NCBI RefSeq assembly: GCF_018350175.1
Contig: NC_058383.1
Coordinates: forward strand, 14,758,001-14,822,000
DNA from: Felis catus
Lineage: Eukaryota
Length of the DNA: 64,000 nucleotides
Direction: 5' to 3'
Shown: positions 13,745 through 27,917 of the stretch, in pieces
Position numbering within the stretch: position 1 is the stretch's first letter
Layout of the letters: every line of letters begins with the position of its first letter
The notes under the pieces: model-generated
What the model saw: the letters and a program-made list of their open reading frames with translations, nothing else
What the model was told of the DNA's origin: nothing
Database searches by the model: none
Position numbers and translations under genes: made by a program

Positions 13745-13945
13745 TTCATTTTTTTTTTCTTTAAATGCTTATTTATTTTTGAGACAGAGAGAGCAGGGGA
13801 GGGTCAGAGAGAGAGGGGAGAAGAGAATCCCAAGCAGGCTCCACACTGTTAGCACAGAGCCCGATGCAGGGCTCGAATTGTGAGGTCATGACCTGAGCTG
13901 AAACCAAGAGTCAGAAGCATAACTGACTGAGCCACCGTGGCTCCC
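13745..13945 (-). mobile_element. CanSINE
   Basis: Reverse SINE consensus inside an L1. Confidence 0.85.
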
Positions 13946-15302
13946 CTCCGTTTTGTCGTTTTTGATATTAGCCAATCCGACCAGTGTGAGTTGATATCTC
14001 ACTGTGGTCCTGATTTGCACTAAAAGTTTTACTTTTGATGAGATCCAATTCCCTTTTTTTTCTTTTATGGCTTGTGCTCTTGGTGTCATATCCACGAACT
14101 CTTTGCCCAATCCAAGGTCATGGAGGTCTTTGCCCAATACCAAGGCCACAAGTTCTGATTCACTCCCTGCGGTTCCAATATCGGTTCAGTTTACAAAGCC
14201 TCTGCAGTGCTATTCAGATGTGCCCTGGGTGTGTGCAATCCACTGGCCAGTCTACAACCTGGGTGATTGTCTACACTGTGAATCTGTCCTCAAAGCTTTT
14301 GGTATGCTGTTCAGAATCAGACCTATGCGTGTGCAACCTGAGAGTGAGCCCACAAGTTCATATGACTTTATGGACTTGCTTTCCAAGGTCTGTCTTCCAT
14401 GTGTGCTCAGGGCCCCCCTTCCTGGCCTTCTGGCTAAACAGTGGGGCTTTAGCTTCCAAGCTCTATCATATACTTTCCACAGCAGGTTCTGCAAGGAATG
14501 ACAGAGAAGACACAGAGAGGGGGAAATGCCACCAGCTGGATGGTAGAGGAAACAGGAAGAACAACAAGGATTCCTCCCAGGGCCCTGGCACAAAGGCTTA
14601 GGCGCCACGAGGCTGGCCCTTTTGCAGCCTCCTCTGCAGCAGGGCCTGGTTTGGGTGCTGGGGCAGAAGACAATGGAAAACATACGAAGAAAACATCCCC
14701 TACTCTCTATGTCCCAAAGGGGCCTGTTTCCCATTCCACAGACCAAAACAAAAGAAGGATTCTCCCGAGGGTCTTAACTTTCTGCCCCTCATGTGCGCTT
14801 TGGGGGCTTGGGGATAGCTTTGAGTCTGAGCTTGGGGGACATCAGAGAATAAGAATGACAGGCAAGTCGCTGTCAGTTCAGTGGCACTTTGAGCTCCCCA
14901 ATCCACCTGCTGGTGTTTACTTCTCCGAGTTCACAGATAGCTGCTCCCTGGGCATTATGCTGTTACATTGTGTGAGCGCTCTCTCCTTGCTCAGAACTAG
15001 AACGTCTCTCACTGTGAACTGAGTTTGCCTTTACCTGACGACTGATAATCTTCCTAGAAGTCTGTCGGTCATTTGAATCTACTCTTTCGTGAAGTGCTTC
15101 TTCAAGCCTTTGCCTATTTTTCTATGGGGCCACCTGTATCTGGCTTCTTGGTTTCTTAGTTATTCTTTATATATTTTGGAGATGTCCTTCTATGTATGTC
15201 TGTGTACATATGCATGTCTGGAGATAGATGGAACTATGTTCTCCCAATCTGTGACTTGTCTTTTTACTTGCCTTAATGGTGTCTGTGCATGAACTGACTT
15301 CA

Positions 15303-15515
15303 TTTTTTTTTAATGTTTATTTATTTTTGAGAGACAGAGAGAGACAGAGCACAAGTGGGGAAGGAGCAGAGAGAGAGGGAGACACAGACTCTGAAGCAGG
15401 CTCCAGGCTCTGAGATGTCAGCACAGAGCCCGATGCGGGGCTTGAACTCACGAAATGTGAGATCACGACCTGAGCCAAAGTCGGCGCTTAACCGACGGAG
15501 CCACCCAGGCACCCC
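15303..15515 (-). mobile_element. CanSINE
   Basis: Full consensus; TSD ACTTCATTTTT. Confidence 0.9.
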
Positions 15516-16109
15516 TCACTTCATTTTTAATATAGTCCTAATCATCAATCTTTTCCTCTATGGCTAGTGCTTTTCGTATCCTACTTAAAAAGTCTCTGCC
15601 TCCCCAAGGTCACAGGGATATCTCCCACTTTCTTTTTTAAAAGCTTCATTGTTTTTCAGTTAGCAATAATTGCATCTTGGACAAACCTCATTGGCTCCCA
15701 TACTGCCAGTGCACAAAGCTGTAGAAGCCTTATTATTTCCACTTTTCACATTGAGATTTATAATTTACCTCGAGTTGATACTTGTTTATAGAATAAGATA
15801 GGGGCCCAGATGTAACCCGTTGACATCTTTGGAAAGGCCGTCTTTCCTTCACTGCATTGTAGTCTCTCCATTGCCATAAATGAACTAATCGTATCCTTCA
15901 CATGGGTCTGTTTCTACACCTTCTGTTTTGTGCCATATGCTTTGTTTCATTCTTGCCCTGGAAACCAAGCCAGGCCATGAGATAGAAGTGGTGGAGAAGC
16001 CATACCATACAGAGGGACAATAAAGGCATCTGACCCCCCGATTCACTGGTGCTGCACCCCAGTTTGCTCCTGTCCACTCTCCTTTCCATGGACACTTGTT
16101 TAAAAACAC

Positions 16110-16231
16110 CTAGTCTTGGGTGAGTCAGTTGGTTGAGGGTCGACTCTTGGTTTCAGCTCAGGTCCTTATCTCACAGGTGGTGGGAGAGCTCTGTGCCGGG
16201 CTCTGCACTGACAGCATGGAGCCTCCTTGGG

Positions 16232-16271
<40 letters not shown>

Positions 16272-16345
16272 TCTCTGCCACTCCCCTGCTTGCACGCACG
16301 CACTTTCTCTTTCTCAAAATAAATAAACATTTAAAAAATTAAAAT
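16110..16345 (+). mobile_element. CanSINE (diverged)
   Basis: GACTCTTGGTTTCAGCTCAGGT, (CT)n and A-rich tail. Confidence 0.85.
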
Positions 16346-16359
16346 AAAAACGCCTATCT

Positions 16360-18183
16360 TTGTGACTTGGGAAATACAGAGGTTAATTTTCCCCTGGGTA
16401 ATAAGCATCCTTTCCATGTAGATGATGCTTAAGTCCACCAGAACAGTGGAGCTTTTCATATCAGGCCTTTCATGGAGAATTGTGTATTCTATAATCAGTG
16501 GTTTCCATGGCATGGATCACTGGATTGGGGGTAATCTGTTGTCAGGAGTCACAAGCCAGCAGCAGAGAGTGGGGATGAGGTCAGTCCTAGGGAAGAGTCC
16601 TATACCTCCTGATCGACATTAGTGAACTTAGAGTTGGGCTTCTCACCCTGCTCTCATCCTGGCCCATCTGAAAACAACTCAGTGAGACCCCTGTGGATAG
16701 TCTTCCCATTTGTCAGGGGTCTTATTGGTTGTCCCAGAGATCCCTGGAATATACAGTTCTGGAGAGAAGGGAAGACCCTTTGACTTCTCCTCATGAGAAC
16801 TTGACTCTCCTACCCATCTTGGGAAATTGCCAAATCCATGAAAACAATAGTCTCAATTCTCCAATCCTCTGCCGGTGGTCCCCTACTAAAGGCACTTTGA
16901 GACAACTTGCTCAACCTTTGGAACTGACCTGACCCATCACCGTGTACCTAGACAGGCTCTGTTTCCCACCCAACCTCAAAATAGACATTGCCCACTGCAT
17001 CTTCTTGACTGAGAAATTAGACTCTCAGGTCACTTCCCTACAAGTTGCCTGACCATCCATATTGGCTTTCTCTATGATGGGTGACCTTCATATGAGGGTT
17101 AAGCCTTCAGATGCTTCTACTCTGGGGGGCTTATAAGTCATAAAAGATGAGGATGGGCTGCTCGATCTAAAGCAACCCACTCTGTGGAAAGCTGTGGCAT
17201 TGTCTGAAGTTAGGATAAATGGAAACCTGAATGATTTGCCCGCCTTCTTTTTAATCAGATTTAGTAGCATCCTCAGAATGTTCACCAAAAGTGACTAACA
17301 ATCCTTTCCCAACACATGAGGATAAGAGCATACCAGTTTTTCTGATAAGTTTTAATATTATATGTGTAAAAGAGATTTAGAGTTTAGGACATCTCTGTAT
17401 ATTGTAGGCTTTTGACTTTTTACATTTCTGACTTTTGGAGGGTGAGGGGTATGGGCAGTGAATTCTTACAGCAAAGGCAAGAAACAAATGCCATCCGACC
17501 TCTATCTCTATCAGCACAAGAGGACCATGGTCAAACTCCATGGCTCATAGGACCAGCACCTATTTCTAGTCCTGATTCCTTTCCATTCCTTGGCAAACTG
17601 AATGTGGTGCACCTTAGTTACAACCCTCCACTTGACCATCAGGGTGCACGTCCCCACATGACTATCTGGTCCTGACGTTAAGATCATTTATTTTCAAAGA
17701 ATTTGACACAATCGGCCAAGTCACTATCATTATCCCTGAATTGGATGTGGATCCAGTGAATCCGTACCTAGACTATTTAAGGTGCATCAGCATCACTTCC
17801 CATTCATTCATTCACAATGAGCCAGGAGGCTCTGTGCGAGACGCTGGGTATACAATGGCATAGAAGACAAAGAATTGGATACAGAGCTTACATTCCCTGG
17901 GGATCTCTCTTTTAAAGACAGATATTTAAATGTTAATAGAAATTTGCCTACCAAATACATTTATAAATAGAACTGAGTTGTGCTCCATGATAGCATATGA
18001 AATACATGTGAGGAAAATGTTACCTATAGTTCTACCCTGGGAATCAGCCTTATAGACCAGTAATTTGCAATCTCTTTTCTGGCATAAGATACTTAGCAGA
18101 TTATGTTTACATTTGTACCATACTCCCATGGGTACTGTTAAAAAAAATTCCCAAACTTCTCTCCTTGTTAAGAAAGAAAGAAA

Positions 18184-18230
<47 letters not shown>

Positions 18231-18610
18231 TGAAAGGTATTCTGACAGTTCTCCATTTGCCATCCCCCAATCCATTCTCTTCCCCTTCTCTATCCCATGC
18301 CCAGGGAAGCCGAAACCTGTGGGGTACATCTCCTAGACAACCTTGCGATTGGCTTCCAGTTGAGTTAGGCCAATGGGAGACAATGGCAGGAAATCTGAGG
18401 GCAGCAGAAGAAAGAGGTCAGGGTATTTCTTCCCCATTCACCTTCTGATAGGTGAGTGGGAACAGCTTCCATCTGTGTGACCCTCGGGGAACCTCACAAT
18501 CTCTTGTTTGTTCCTTTAACCTGCCTGCACTATGTAAACAGTCTCTTCATTAATGCCTCCTCATTTGTATCTGGGTGCATTCTGTTTCTTCATGAAATTC
18601 TAATACACAG
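16360..18610. mobile_element. Highly decayed ERVL-class internal relic plus LTR16-like segment (about 18280-18610)
   Basis: Recognised only loosely, e.g. TGGCTTCCAGTTGAGTTAGGCCAATGGGAG...GAGGTCAGGGTATTT; no open frames. Confidence 0.4.
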
Positions 18611-18897
18611 TGCAAGTGATAAAGAGGGAAATTGTGTTTGGAATAACTTGAATCCACTCATATATGCACAAAAAACTAATGTTAGTAGAAGCAACTTACG
18701 TGTAACACACCTCACTACCAACACCGCTTCTAGGTTGGGGAACAGCTGCCCAAGACCAAGGCATATTGGCCCCTCTGTGCTTGTGCCCAATGTCCAGATG
18801 GATGTTCTTGGACAACAGGAAGACTGAATACGTCCCCTCCTTTGAACCCTTTACCATGGCGAGACTGCGGCGCTAAACACTTAAAGACAGTTTTACT

Positions 18898-19100
18898 GGG
18901 GTGCTTGGGTGGCTCAGTCAGTTAAGCCTCCGATTCTTGATTTCGGCTCAGGTCACAATCTCACGGTTGTAGGATTGACCCCCACATTGAGCCTGCTCAG
19001 GATTCTCTCTCCCTCCCCTCTCTCTCTGCTCCTCCCCGGCTCATGCATGCATGTTCTCTCTTCCTTTCTTTCAAAATATATAAATAAACTTAAAACAAAA
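18898..19100 (+). mobile_element. CanSINE
   Basis: GGGGTGCTTGGGTGGCTCAGTCAGTTAAG head; TSD-like CAGTTTTA. Confidence 0.87.
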
Positions 19101-21151
19101 ACCAGTTTTATCTATAGCCTGCCACAGCAGACGTGGGTCTCTCCCTTCTCATGCTTGATTTGTCAGAGACTGCCAGAGCAAATAAAAAAAAAAAAAAAGA
19201 AAAAAAGAAACAATTAACATAAAGAAATAAAGCAAATCCCAATGAGAGTAACGAAGTGGTAAGGGAAAGTTAAATCAGAAGAGATCAGCAGAACTCCCGT
19301 CAATTCAATTCTTACTCAAAATGCCAGTAACTGTGAAAGATTCAGGTACAATAAATTCTTATGCAGGAATCTAAGTTTGATTCTCAAATACTATAATGAG
19401 GACAGGTGTAGACACGGGTATCCAAGATTCGAAAGTGGTATTGAAGTTTTGGAATCTCAGATACCAGGGAAACCGGGAAAGTTTACTCTCCCCCGTGTCA
19501 CAAATGAAGGTCCCCTGCCCCAACAGTAAGCTCTAACTTTCCCACCCGCTGCCTTTTTTTTTTCTGCCTCCCTTCTTCATCTCTAAATCCCACTTTTTCC
19601 TTTCTCCTCTTTGTCACCCACTCTAAGGTATTTGATACATGTGTTTAGGCAGGTTCCTTTGCAATAATAGTTATGATAGATAATACTCTTGGAGCACTTA
19701 CCATATGTTCTAAATGTTTTGCATACATAAACTCATCTGATCTGAGTAACAGCGCAATGAGGTGTCGCTATTTTACAAATGGGAAAACTGAGGCACCAAA
19801 AAACGAAGTAGCTTGCTACAACAAGCAGTAAGTAGTGGAACCTGGGATTTGGACCCATGAGTTCTGGCTCCAGAATCCATTCAACTGTCCATGTGTTTTA
19901 GACTACATAAATGTATCATGCTATGAATCTCATTGTGTTTCTTTGTTGACTGAAGAATCCATTTTTATGATTTACCCACATTGTTATAGATGCACATCTG
20001 GATTGTTGCAAAGTATTTCATACTGTTCACACGCACCCATTCCCCTAGGGATGGACGCCTAGGCTACCTCCAACTCAGTACCACAAACAGATCATAATAA
20101 GCATCCTCCTACATGCTCTTCTACAGTCCTGAATGAGAATGTCCCTAGGAAGAATACCCAGCCTGGGATTTCTGGGCATATGCCCACTTAATATCATTAA
20201 ATACTTACAGATTGCCCAAGCAACTTTCGAACTGAGTAGAGGGAATATTTACTCATTCTTCCCTCCCTCCCTCCCTCCCTGCCTTTCATCCTCCCTATGT
20301 TATAGGCCCTGAGCTAGAAATCGAGGATATAAGCATGAACAAGAAAGATGTGGACCCTAGTCACACTGAGCTTACAGTCTAGCTCCTAGCCAACTTAAAA
20401 GTGTTTCCATCAGACAAAAACAAATACTGTATGATCGCACTTGTATGTGAATCTCAAAGAACCCTAAACTCATAGACACACAGAACAGATCGGCAGGGGT
20501 GGGGAGGGTGTGTGAAATGGATGAAAAGGTACCAAAAAAAAAACAAAGTGTTTCCATGGATATGACCTTATCTAGTTTTATCCTGTGACCATTAATATCA
20601 TTTTCAAAAGGATAACTCCTTATTCCCTTCCAAAGCACAAATATATTTAATTTATGGAGCATCGCATTCACAGTGTATGCCTGTTTTCCTCTGTATACAT
20701 TACAAGTCTGAGCGTCTCAGACAATATTCTACACGAGGTGGTCTTTGGATACTGTGCTTCCAATATTGGCCAATGCAATTAGCACACGGGGTAATCTGTA
20801 GGGGATCAGATGGTTTTATTGATTTGGGCTGAACACAGAATCAGCACCTTAAAAATACCACTGGGGTGCAAGTTTGTAGAAATAGTTTTTGAAGATTCAG
20901 GGAAGAACAGAAATGCCTTCTGGCTCACGTTTTTTTAAAGTGTGCCTTTAATTGCTTAGATAACGACTTTTGGAAAAGCTTAATCATTTGTGCGCGCTCT
21001 TTTCCTCCGACCTTCTGTAAAACAATACTGAAGAATTCCTCCCGTTTGCAGACATGATTTTACTGACCTGAGTCAGGAGTATCTTTACCAGGCATCGAAC
21101 CCAGTCAAGAAAGGAGGGTTTCAGAGTTAATGTTAAGAAACAATAAACTAT

Positions 21152-21340
21152 GGGGCACCTAGGTGGGGTCAGTCAGTTGGGCAAATGACTTTGGCTCAGG
21201 TGATGATCTTAGGGTTCGTGAGTTCAAGCCCCACATGGGCTCTATGCTGTGAGTGCAAAGTCTGCTTCAGATCCTCTGTCCCCCTCTCTCTGCCTTCCCC
21301 TACTTGGGCTCTTACCAAAAGTAAACATCAAAAAAGTATA
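21152..21340 (+). mobile_element. CanSINE (diverged)
   Basis: GGGGCACCTAGGTGGGGTCAG head; TSD AAGAAACAATAA. Confidence 0.85.
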
Positions 21341-21498
21341 TATATTTAAAAGAAACAATAAGCTAACAAAGAAAAAAAGAGACAAAAAACGAGACTCTTA
21401 AATACGGAGAACAAACTGGGGGTTCCCAGACAGGAAGTTGGTGGTGGTGGAGGGGGTTGGGTGAAACAGGTGAGGGGGATTAAGAATACACTTATCAT

Positions 21499-21952
21499 TG
21501 GGGCGCCTGGGTGGCTCAGTCAGTTGAGCGTCCGACTTCGGCTCAGGTCATGATCTCACAGTCTGAGTTCGAGCCCCATATCGAGCTCTGGGCTGATGGC
21601 TCAGAGCCTGGAGCCTGCTTCCGATTCTGTGTCTCCCTCTCTCTCTGCCCCTTCCCTGCTCATGCTCTGTCTCTCTCTGTCTCAAAAATAAATAAAAACA
21701 TTAAAAAAATTAAAAAAAAAAGAATACACTTATTACGATGTCGGGTGCCTGGGTGTCTGAGTCGGTTAAGCATCTGACTTCAGCTCAGGTCATGATCTCA
21801 CGGTTCATGAGTTCGAGCCCTGTGTCAGGCTCTGTGCTGACGGCTCAGAGCCTGGAGCCTGCTTCGGATTCTGTGTCTCCGTCTCTCTCTGCCCCTCCCC
21901 CACTCATGCTCTGTCTCTGTCTCGAAAATAAATAAACGTTAAAAAAAATTTT
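21499..21952 (+). mobile_element. Two head-to-tail CanSINEs (about 21499-21721 and 21742-21952) inside an L1 3' end (about 21370-22085)
   Basis: Two full consensus copies; AAGAATACACTTAT occurs before, between and after them. Confidence 0.93.
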
Positions 21953-22489
21953 AAGAATACACTTATCATGATGAGCACTGAGTTTTGTGTGGAGTGGTTG
22001 AATTGTTATATTGTACATCTGAACCTATTGTGGCACTATATGTTAATTACACTTGAATTTAAAAAATAAGTAAAAATTAAAAAAAAGAAACAACAATTAA
22101 CAAACACCAAATGCATATAACCTACCACTGGATTCTATCAGAACAACTGAGTTATGTCCTTGGTTCAGCTTCCCCAACAGATGCTGTTTCTGGATACGTT
22201 CTTTAACAAAACGTCATTTGACCTTTATTAAGAACTGTTTAAGAACAATCTCTTTGAACTCTTAAACACAGAGAACAAACTGAGGGCTGCTGGAGGGGAG
22301 GTGGCTGGGGGGATGGGCTAGATGGGCGATGGGCATTAAGAAGGGCACTTGTTGGGATGGGCACTGGGTGTTATATGTAAGCGATGAATCACTAAATTCT
22401 ACCCCTGAAACCAATACTACGCTATATGTTAACTAGCTTGGATTTTTAAAAAAAGATCAATTCTCTTTTTAACGGATTCACGTGTCTAG

Positions 22490-23980
22490 TCCAATAATGC
22501 AATGGATAAACTGTTCAAAACTGATACAATCAAAATATTAAACCTAAAATGAGAAAAACATATAGAAGAAGATGCAGGAGCCCCCCCCCCCCCCCCGAGT
22601 TAAGCAAAGACTTCTAGGTAGAACACATAAAACGTGAATCATAAGACGAATATGACAAACTGGACTTCACAAAAATGAAGCCCTCTTTTTTCAAAAAGCA
22701 CTGTTAAGGCAATCAAAACACAAACCATCATCAGGCATAAATATTTTCAAAACAAATACCTGTTTAAAAAAAAAAAACTTGTGTGCAGAATATATACAGA
22801 ACTCTCCAACTCAACCATAAGGAAACAGTCAATACAGTAAAAGATGGGCAACTGATACAACCATAAATATCACTACAGAACATCAAGCAAGTGGAAAGAA
22901 AGCTAATAAAAGTCATGATAAGTTACCACCAGAAACCTACTAGAGTGTCTAAAATCAACAAGGAATAAAAAAGGTGAGAATGTCAAATGTTGGCAAGAAT
23001 GTAGAGCAACTGAAATGCTCAGACACTGCTAGTGGGAATTAAAAAGGGTACAACCACTTTGGGAAACATACACCCACCACATGACCCAGCACCCTACCTA
23101 GGTATCTACGCAAGAAAAACGAAGACATACACCCACATGAAGACTTGTACATGAGTGTTAACAGCAACCACATTCATCATTACTCTGCACTGGACTGAAT
23201 GCGTGTGCCCCACCCCACCCCCCAAATCCCTATGTTGAAATCCTAACCCTCAAGTTGGTGGTGTTAGGAGGTGGGGTCTTTGGGAAGTGATTAGGTCATG
23301 AAGACTGAATCCTTGCAAATGGGCCTAGTGCCCTTATAAAAGAGATCTCGGGGAGGGAGCTCTCTTGTTCCTTCCGCCATGTGAGAACACATGGTACACA
23401 TGGCTGTCTGTGAACCAGGAAGCAGGCCCTACCAGAACCAATTCTGCTGGTTGGTTCTTGGACCAGCAATTCTGCTGCCTGATCTTGGACCGCCCAACCT
23501 CCAGAATTGTGAACAATAGACTCCTGTTATGGATAAGCCCCCCCAGGCTACCATATTTTGGGATAGCAGCCCAAATGGCCTAAGACACACTTCAGACTGG
23601 AAATAACCCAAATGTCCACTAATTGGTGAAGGGATAAACAAACTGGGCACAAGCTAGAGTAGGGCACTGGAGTATTACTAGGCAATCAACAGGAATGGAC
23701 TGTGGACAGACGCAACACAGATGAACCTCTCAAGTATTCTGCAGCTTGAAAGATGAAAAGGTTACATCTTATATGACTACAGGATGTTATAGAAATGTCA
23801 TATTTCTATATTACTGTAGACAGTAAGATCAGATCAGTAGTTGCTAGGGGCTGGCTAGGGGAACCAAGTCCGAAGGGGCACGAGAAATTTGGGGGTGATA
23901 GAAGTATTTTATATCTTTCTTGTTGGTGGTGGTTACACAAGTGTATAAGCTTATCAAAATTGATAGAACTGTACACCTAA
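22490..23980 (+). mobile_element. Old L1M 3' region interrupted by a MaLR LTR
   Basis: L1 ORF2-end motifs (GTTGGCAAGAATGTAGAGCAACTG, GGTACAACCACTTTGG, ATGACCCAGCA) and L1M 3'UTR. Confidence 0.7.
23186..23587 (+). mobile_element. MaLR solo LTR (MLT1A/B-like)
   Basis: TGGACTGAATG...TATGTTGAAATCCTAACC...CCTCCAGAATTGTGA...ATAGCAGCCC...CTAAGACA. Confidence 0.8.
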
Positions 23981-25704
23981 AGGCATTTTGGAAATTACGT
24001 ATCTAAATATTCCACCCAATGTCCTTTTCACACGGAGCCACAGAAGAAATGTCTGAATACCAAAAACGGTTGTATTTCTCTTGAGTACCGGGGTTGCTGT
24101 TATCTTTTGGAGACTGTGAATCACAACTGATTAGTTACCTCCTTGCCTCAGCTGTGAAGGCAGGGAGCTGAGAACACCCATGTATTGGGTATGAATCTTA
24201 TCCTTGACATCATTTGATTTCTTCTTCCTCTTGACTCTATTTCTTCCTAACAAATTCTTCTATCTTAATGTCATCTATGTATTTTTTGGAGACTACATAT
24301 TTTTTTCATCAAGGTACAGTACAGTCAAGTAAATACATCATAGGACAGGTAGTAAGTCACAGAAGTGTTTCCTCCTGATATGCATTAATAAAAGTGCACG
24401 CCATAAAATCCTAACTCGTTAAAGCATACTATCGTGTAATACCTAAATTTGTCTTATTCACTTTTGGGTGCTTCCATTTGTAAGGAATGAGGGTCAAACA
24501 TAGCATTATAGGGACAAAGTCAATAGGATGTTATGTAGCAAAGAGAGGACTAGGGAAGTTTATTTTGGAGAAGCGAAAAGGCAGGGCAAATGTGAAAGCT
24601 GCCTTCAAATAGTTTACAGCTTCTCAGGCAGAAGAGAAGTGAATTAATTCTATTGGATCAGGAGTGGGATCAATGGGTGTAGGCTATCCCAGGACCAACT
24701 GGGGCATAATATAAAGAATAGATTTCTAACCGAGCACAGCAAAGATGCGATATATTATCCAAGGAAAAGTTTCTGGCAATAGATAACACCAAACAGGTTA
24801 GATAATCATTTGGTTGGGATCTCATACACAGATCCATTTAGATAAATTGTTGCTCCCTACTGATCCCAAGATTTAATAGTTATTTAATTCTATTAGAAAA
24901 TAGTGTCCTTCCAATATGAAACAAACTGGTTTTGACCAAGCAAACACCATTATTTTTTTTTACTTATCATTGTGATTTATTATATTAAATTGTATTATAA
25001 TCCCAATGTGTTACAAATAAAAAGGTTGTAGCAAGTAAACATTCTTAAGGCTATTCTGGGATCTGGCCCTTGCAAAATCAAACACAAAATTGTTACTAGA
25101 GTTTTAAGGACTCTTATTTGCAAAATACACCCTTTTCTTGCAAGGCAAGCTGACCTTCCGTGCCCTCTGGAAATAGACACGCAATGTAGCACTCTGAATG
25201 GAAGTTAAAGTAATTTCCCACTTTGTCCTTGTGCTTTAGCACTTAGGCAATAAAGCTCATGACATTTTCAATAAAAGCAGAGAAGGAGAAGTGCTCCTTA
25301 GTTACAGAAGAGCTCAACCCAGCATCACCCGGGCATTCTCCCATTTGACGAAGCCCAATCTTTGCTAAGCAGCCAGACCTACGATTTAAAACTCACTTCC
25401 ATCAGCACGAGGGACCTGGGGGTAATTGGTTCTGCACAACTGAGAGCTCATTTCAGGCTGGCTTGAACGCCTAAGTTCCAAGGCTGTGTCATGTGTCAGT
25501 TCACCCAGAATTCCCAATAGACAGAAGTAACAGGTGAGAAACACCCTGAGGGCATTTTAGGTGTAATAAACAAGCCAGGAACTGAGGGAGAGAGGGGAGA
25601 AGCAATAGGGTGGTAGGACAGGGAATTACAGACAAGTTGCTACAAAAGAAGACCGGAAGATGGGGGAATAATGAGCATGTTTAGGGGGAGGTAAAGTAGA
25701 AACA

Positions 25705-26350
25705 GATCAAAAACAAAGGACCTGAGGAGACAGTTTTTCCCAAGAAGACATACAAATGGCCAACAGGTGCATGAAAAGTTACCCTACGTTGCTAATCATC
25801 AGCAAATGCCAGTCAAAACCACAATGAGACATCATCACATGTGTGTTAGAATGGGTATTACCAAGAAGACAAGAGATCGCAAGAGTTGGGGAGGATGCAG
25901 AAAAAAGGGAGCCCTGTGGGTGGAAATGTCAGTGCAGCCACTATGGAAAACAGTATGGAGGTTCCTCAAAAAATTAAAAGCCGAACTACCATTAAAAATT
26001 CCACTTCTGGGTATCTACCCAAAGGAAATAAAACCACTCTCTCGAGGAGCTCTCTGCACCTCCATGTTCACTGCTATTGTTCACGGTTGCCAAGACATGG
26101 CAATGACCTACGCATCTCTCAGTGGAGGTACAGGGAAAGAAAACATACACTGGAATATTTTTCAGTCATAGAGAAGAAGGAAATCTTGCCATTTTCAACA
26201 ACACGGATGAGTGTGCTGGGCATCATGGTAAGGGAAATAAGTCAGGCAGAGAAAGACAAATACTGTATGATCTCACTATTATGTGAAACCTAAGAAAGAT
26301 GAACTCATAGAGTAGGTGGGGGGTTGCCAAAGGCTGGGGGTGAGAGAAAT
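25705..26350 (+). mobile_element. L1 3' fragment (ORF2 C-terminus and 3'UTR)
   Basis: Translation [19 protein letters not shown]...[10 protein letters not shown] is typical of the L1 ORF2 C-terminus. Confidence 0.88.
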
Positions 26351-26727
26351 GGGCTGATTTCTCTCAGGAAGTGGTATCGTATCATTATCCCCATTGGACA
26401 GGTATAGAAGCAGGTTCTGAGTGGTTAAGCTAAGTTCAATCTAACTAAAAATTGGTGAAATGTGCCCACAAGTGAATCCAACAGATGGACAAAGAATGGC
26501 CTCCACACATCTGGACTCTGAAATACTGGAATTTTCTTGCCTCTCTGAAACCTTCAGGCTTCCATGGATACATAGGTCCCATGCTTAACACTGACATTCA
26601 GCTGGTTTTGAACTTCCCAGGGTAGTTTGTTTGCATTCTGTTGCATGCCTAGAGGAACACCAATTTTGTGTGTTATCTGGCTTCAAAGTGGTTTGCCCAC
26701 CAGACCTCAAGTGACGTGGCCTCCAGC

Positions 26728-26749
26728 GGGGGGGGGGGGGGGGGGGGGG
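26728..26749 (+). repeat. G22 homopolymer
   Basis: 22 consecutive G. Confidence 0.9.
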
Positions 26750-27704
26750 AGTCATTATATGGAAGGTTTGGGGTTTTTTTTTTAAATCGTGTTGGTTGAT
26801 ATCTGAAAGGAGAACATTTTTACCTTCTCGTCTATTTATGTCTGCTGGGAGGAAGTTCAGGCACCTCTACACATGCAGGAAAAAAACAAAAACAAAAACA
26901 AAAAAACCCAGAACCAAAATGTGATAATTTGGTCAAAGGCGTGTCCACTTCTCTGTTAGTATTTTGTCACGAGTGATAAATGATGTCCGACAAAGCTGTC
27001 GGACGAGATTTAGAAGGTGTGCAAGGAGGGAGCCATCAATTTCCAACTTAGGGAATTTACCAGATTTTAATGACTCTACAGCTTGATGACTCTACAGCTT
27101 TGGATTTCAAGCTTCACTGCCACGTGTGCTTGGCAATGACTGGAAGGCGTTTATACTCCCCTAATTTGATTCCTGTAAGACAACCAAGCGTCATTGGCTG
27201 TCTCGGCTGCAGTCAGGAGACGCTGGTTTGCAGACCGGCAAAGCACGTGGCCAGAGTGTGGTCTCTCGCGATCTCTTGTTCGTTCCCCAGATTTTGCAGC
27301 TCAGAACAGTCATCTGATGCCAGCTCTAAAAAAGACCAACCGTGCCACCGGCACTGAGCCCCAGGAGATGTCCAGCAGGTCACAACCATGCTTGCCTTTC
27401 GAACCCCTCACACCATCCCCAAAGTGGGTGGCGGGGGGCGGGAGGGGGGGGTCCTTTGAAAGCTGACGCTTGATGGTCTCATAGCACCCAGCACAAGTAG
27501 GTGCTCGATGCGCTTTTGAAAAAACCACCCTGCACGGCTTAACAGAGGCATTTCCTGAAAATTGAATTCTGTTTCAAGAGTTTACTGTTTCTGCTGTGTG
27601 CACCACAGAAAAAAAATGGATAAACTAGTAGATATGGGTCTGTGAGCCAGTATATAGCAGACTCACTGCGTGGTTTGAACAGAAATGTGTCTTTTTGCTT
27701 CGGG

Positions 27705-27917
27705 TGCCCGGGGGGCTCCGTGGGTTGAGCGTCCGACTTCGGCTCAGGTCATGATCTCACAGCTCCTGAGTCTGAGCCCCGCGTCCGGCTCTGTGCTGAC
27801 AGCTTGGAACCTGGAGCCTGCTTCCGATTCTGTGTCTTCCTCTCTCTCTGCCCCTCTCCCATTTGTGCTCTCTCTCAAAAATGACTAAACATTTTACAAA
27901 ATAAAAAAAAAAAAGAA
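27705..27917 (+). mobile_element. CanSINE
   Basis: Consensus body; TSD AGAAATGTGTCTTTT. Confidence 0.9.

Larger units (their letters stand above)
11380..14130 (-). mobile_element. Nested old L1 3' fragments, interrupted by SINEs and a microsatellite
   Basis: L1 ORF2-end/3'UTR motifs; the ORF 13464-13721 translation [19 protein letters not shown] resembles the L1 ORF2 C-terminus. Confidence 0.75.

Noticed and set aside
14004..15022. Overlapping 160-190 aa ORFs on both strands
   Set aside because: No recognisable domain or splice context; they lie in probable decayed L1 sequence.
26718..26749. CTCF-like TGGCCTCCAGCGGGG next to G22
   Set aside because: Lacks the GGC(G/A) part of the core motif; the resemblance comes mostly from the G run.
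27070..27100. 15-bp tandem duplication ATGACTCTACAGCTT (similar short duplications at about 2326-2363, 14100-14150 and 23440-23490)
   Set aside because: Ordinary two-copy slippage duplications, not an array; nothing CRISPR-like in this eukaryotic window.
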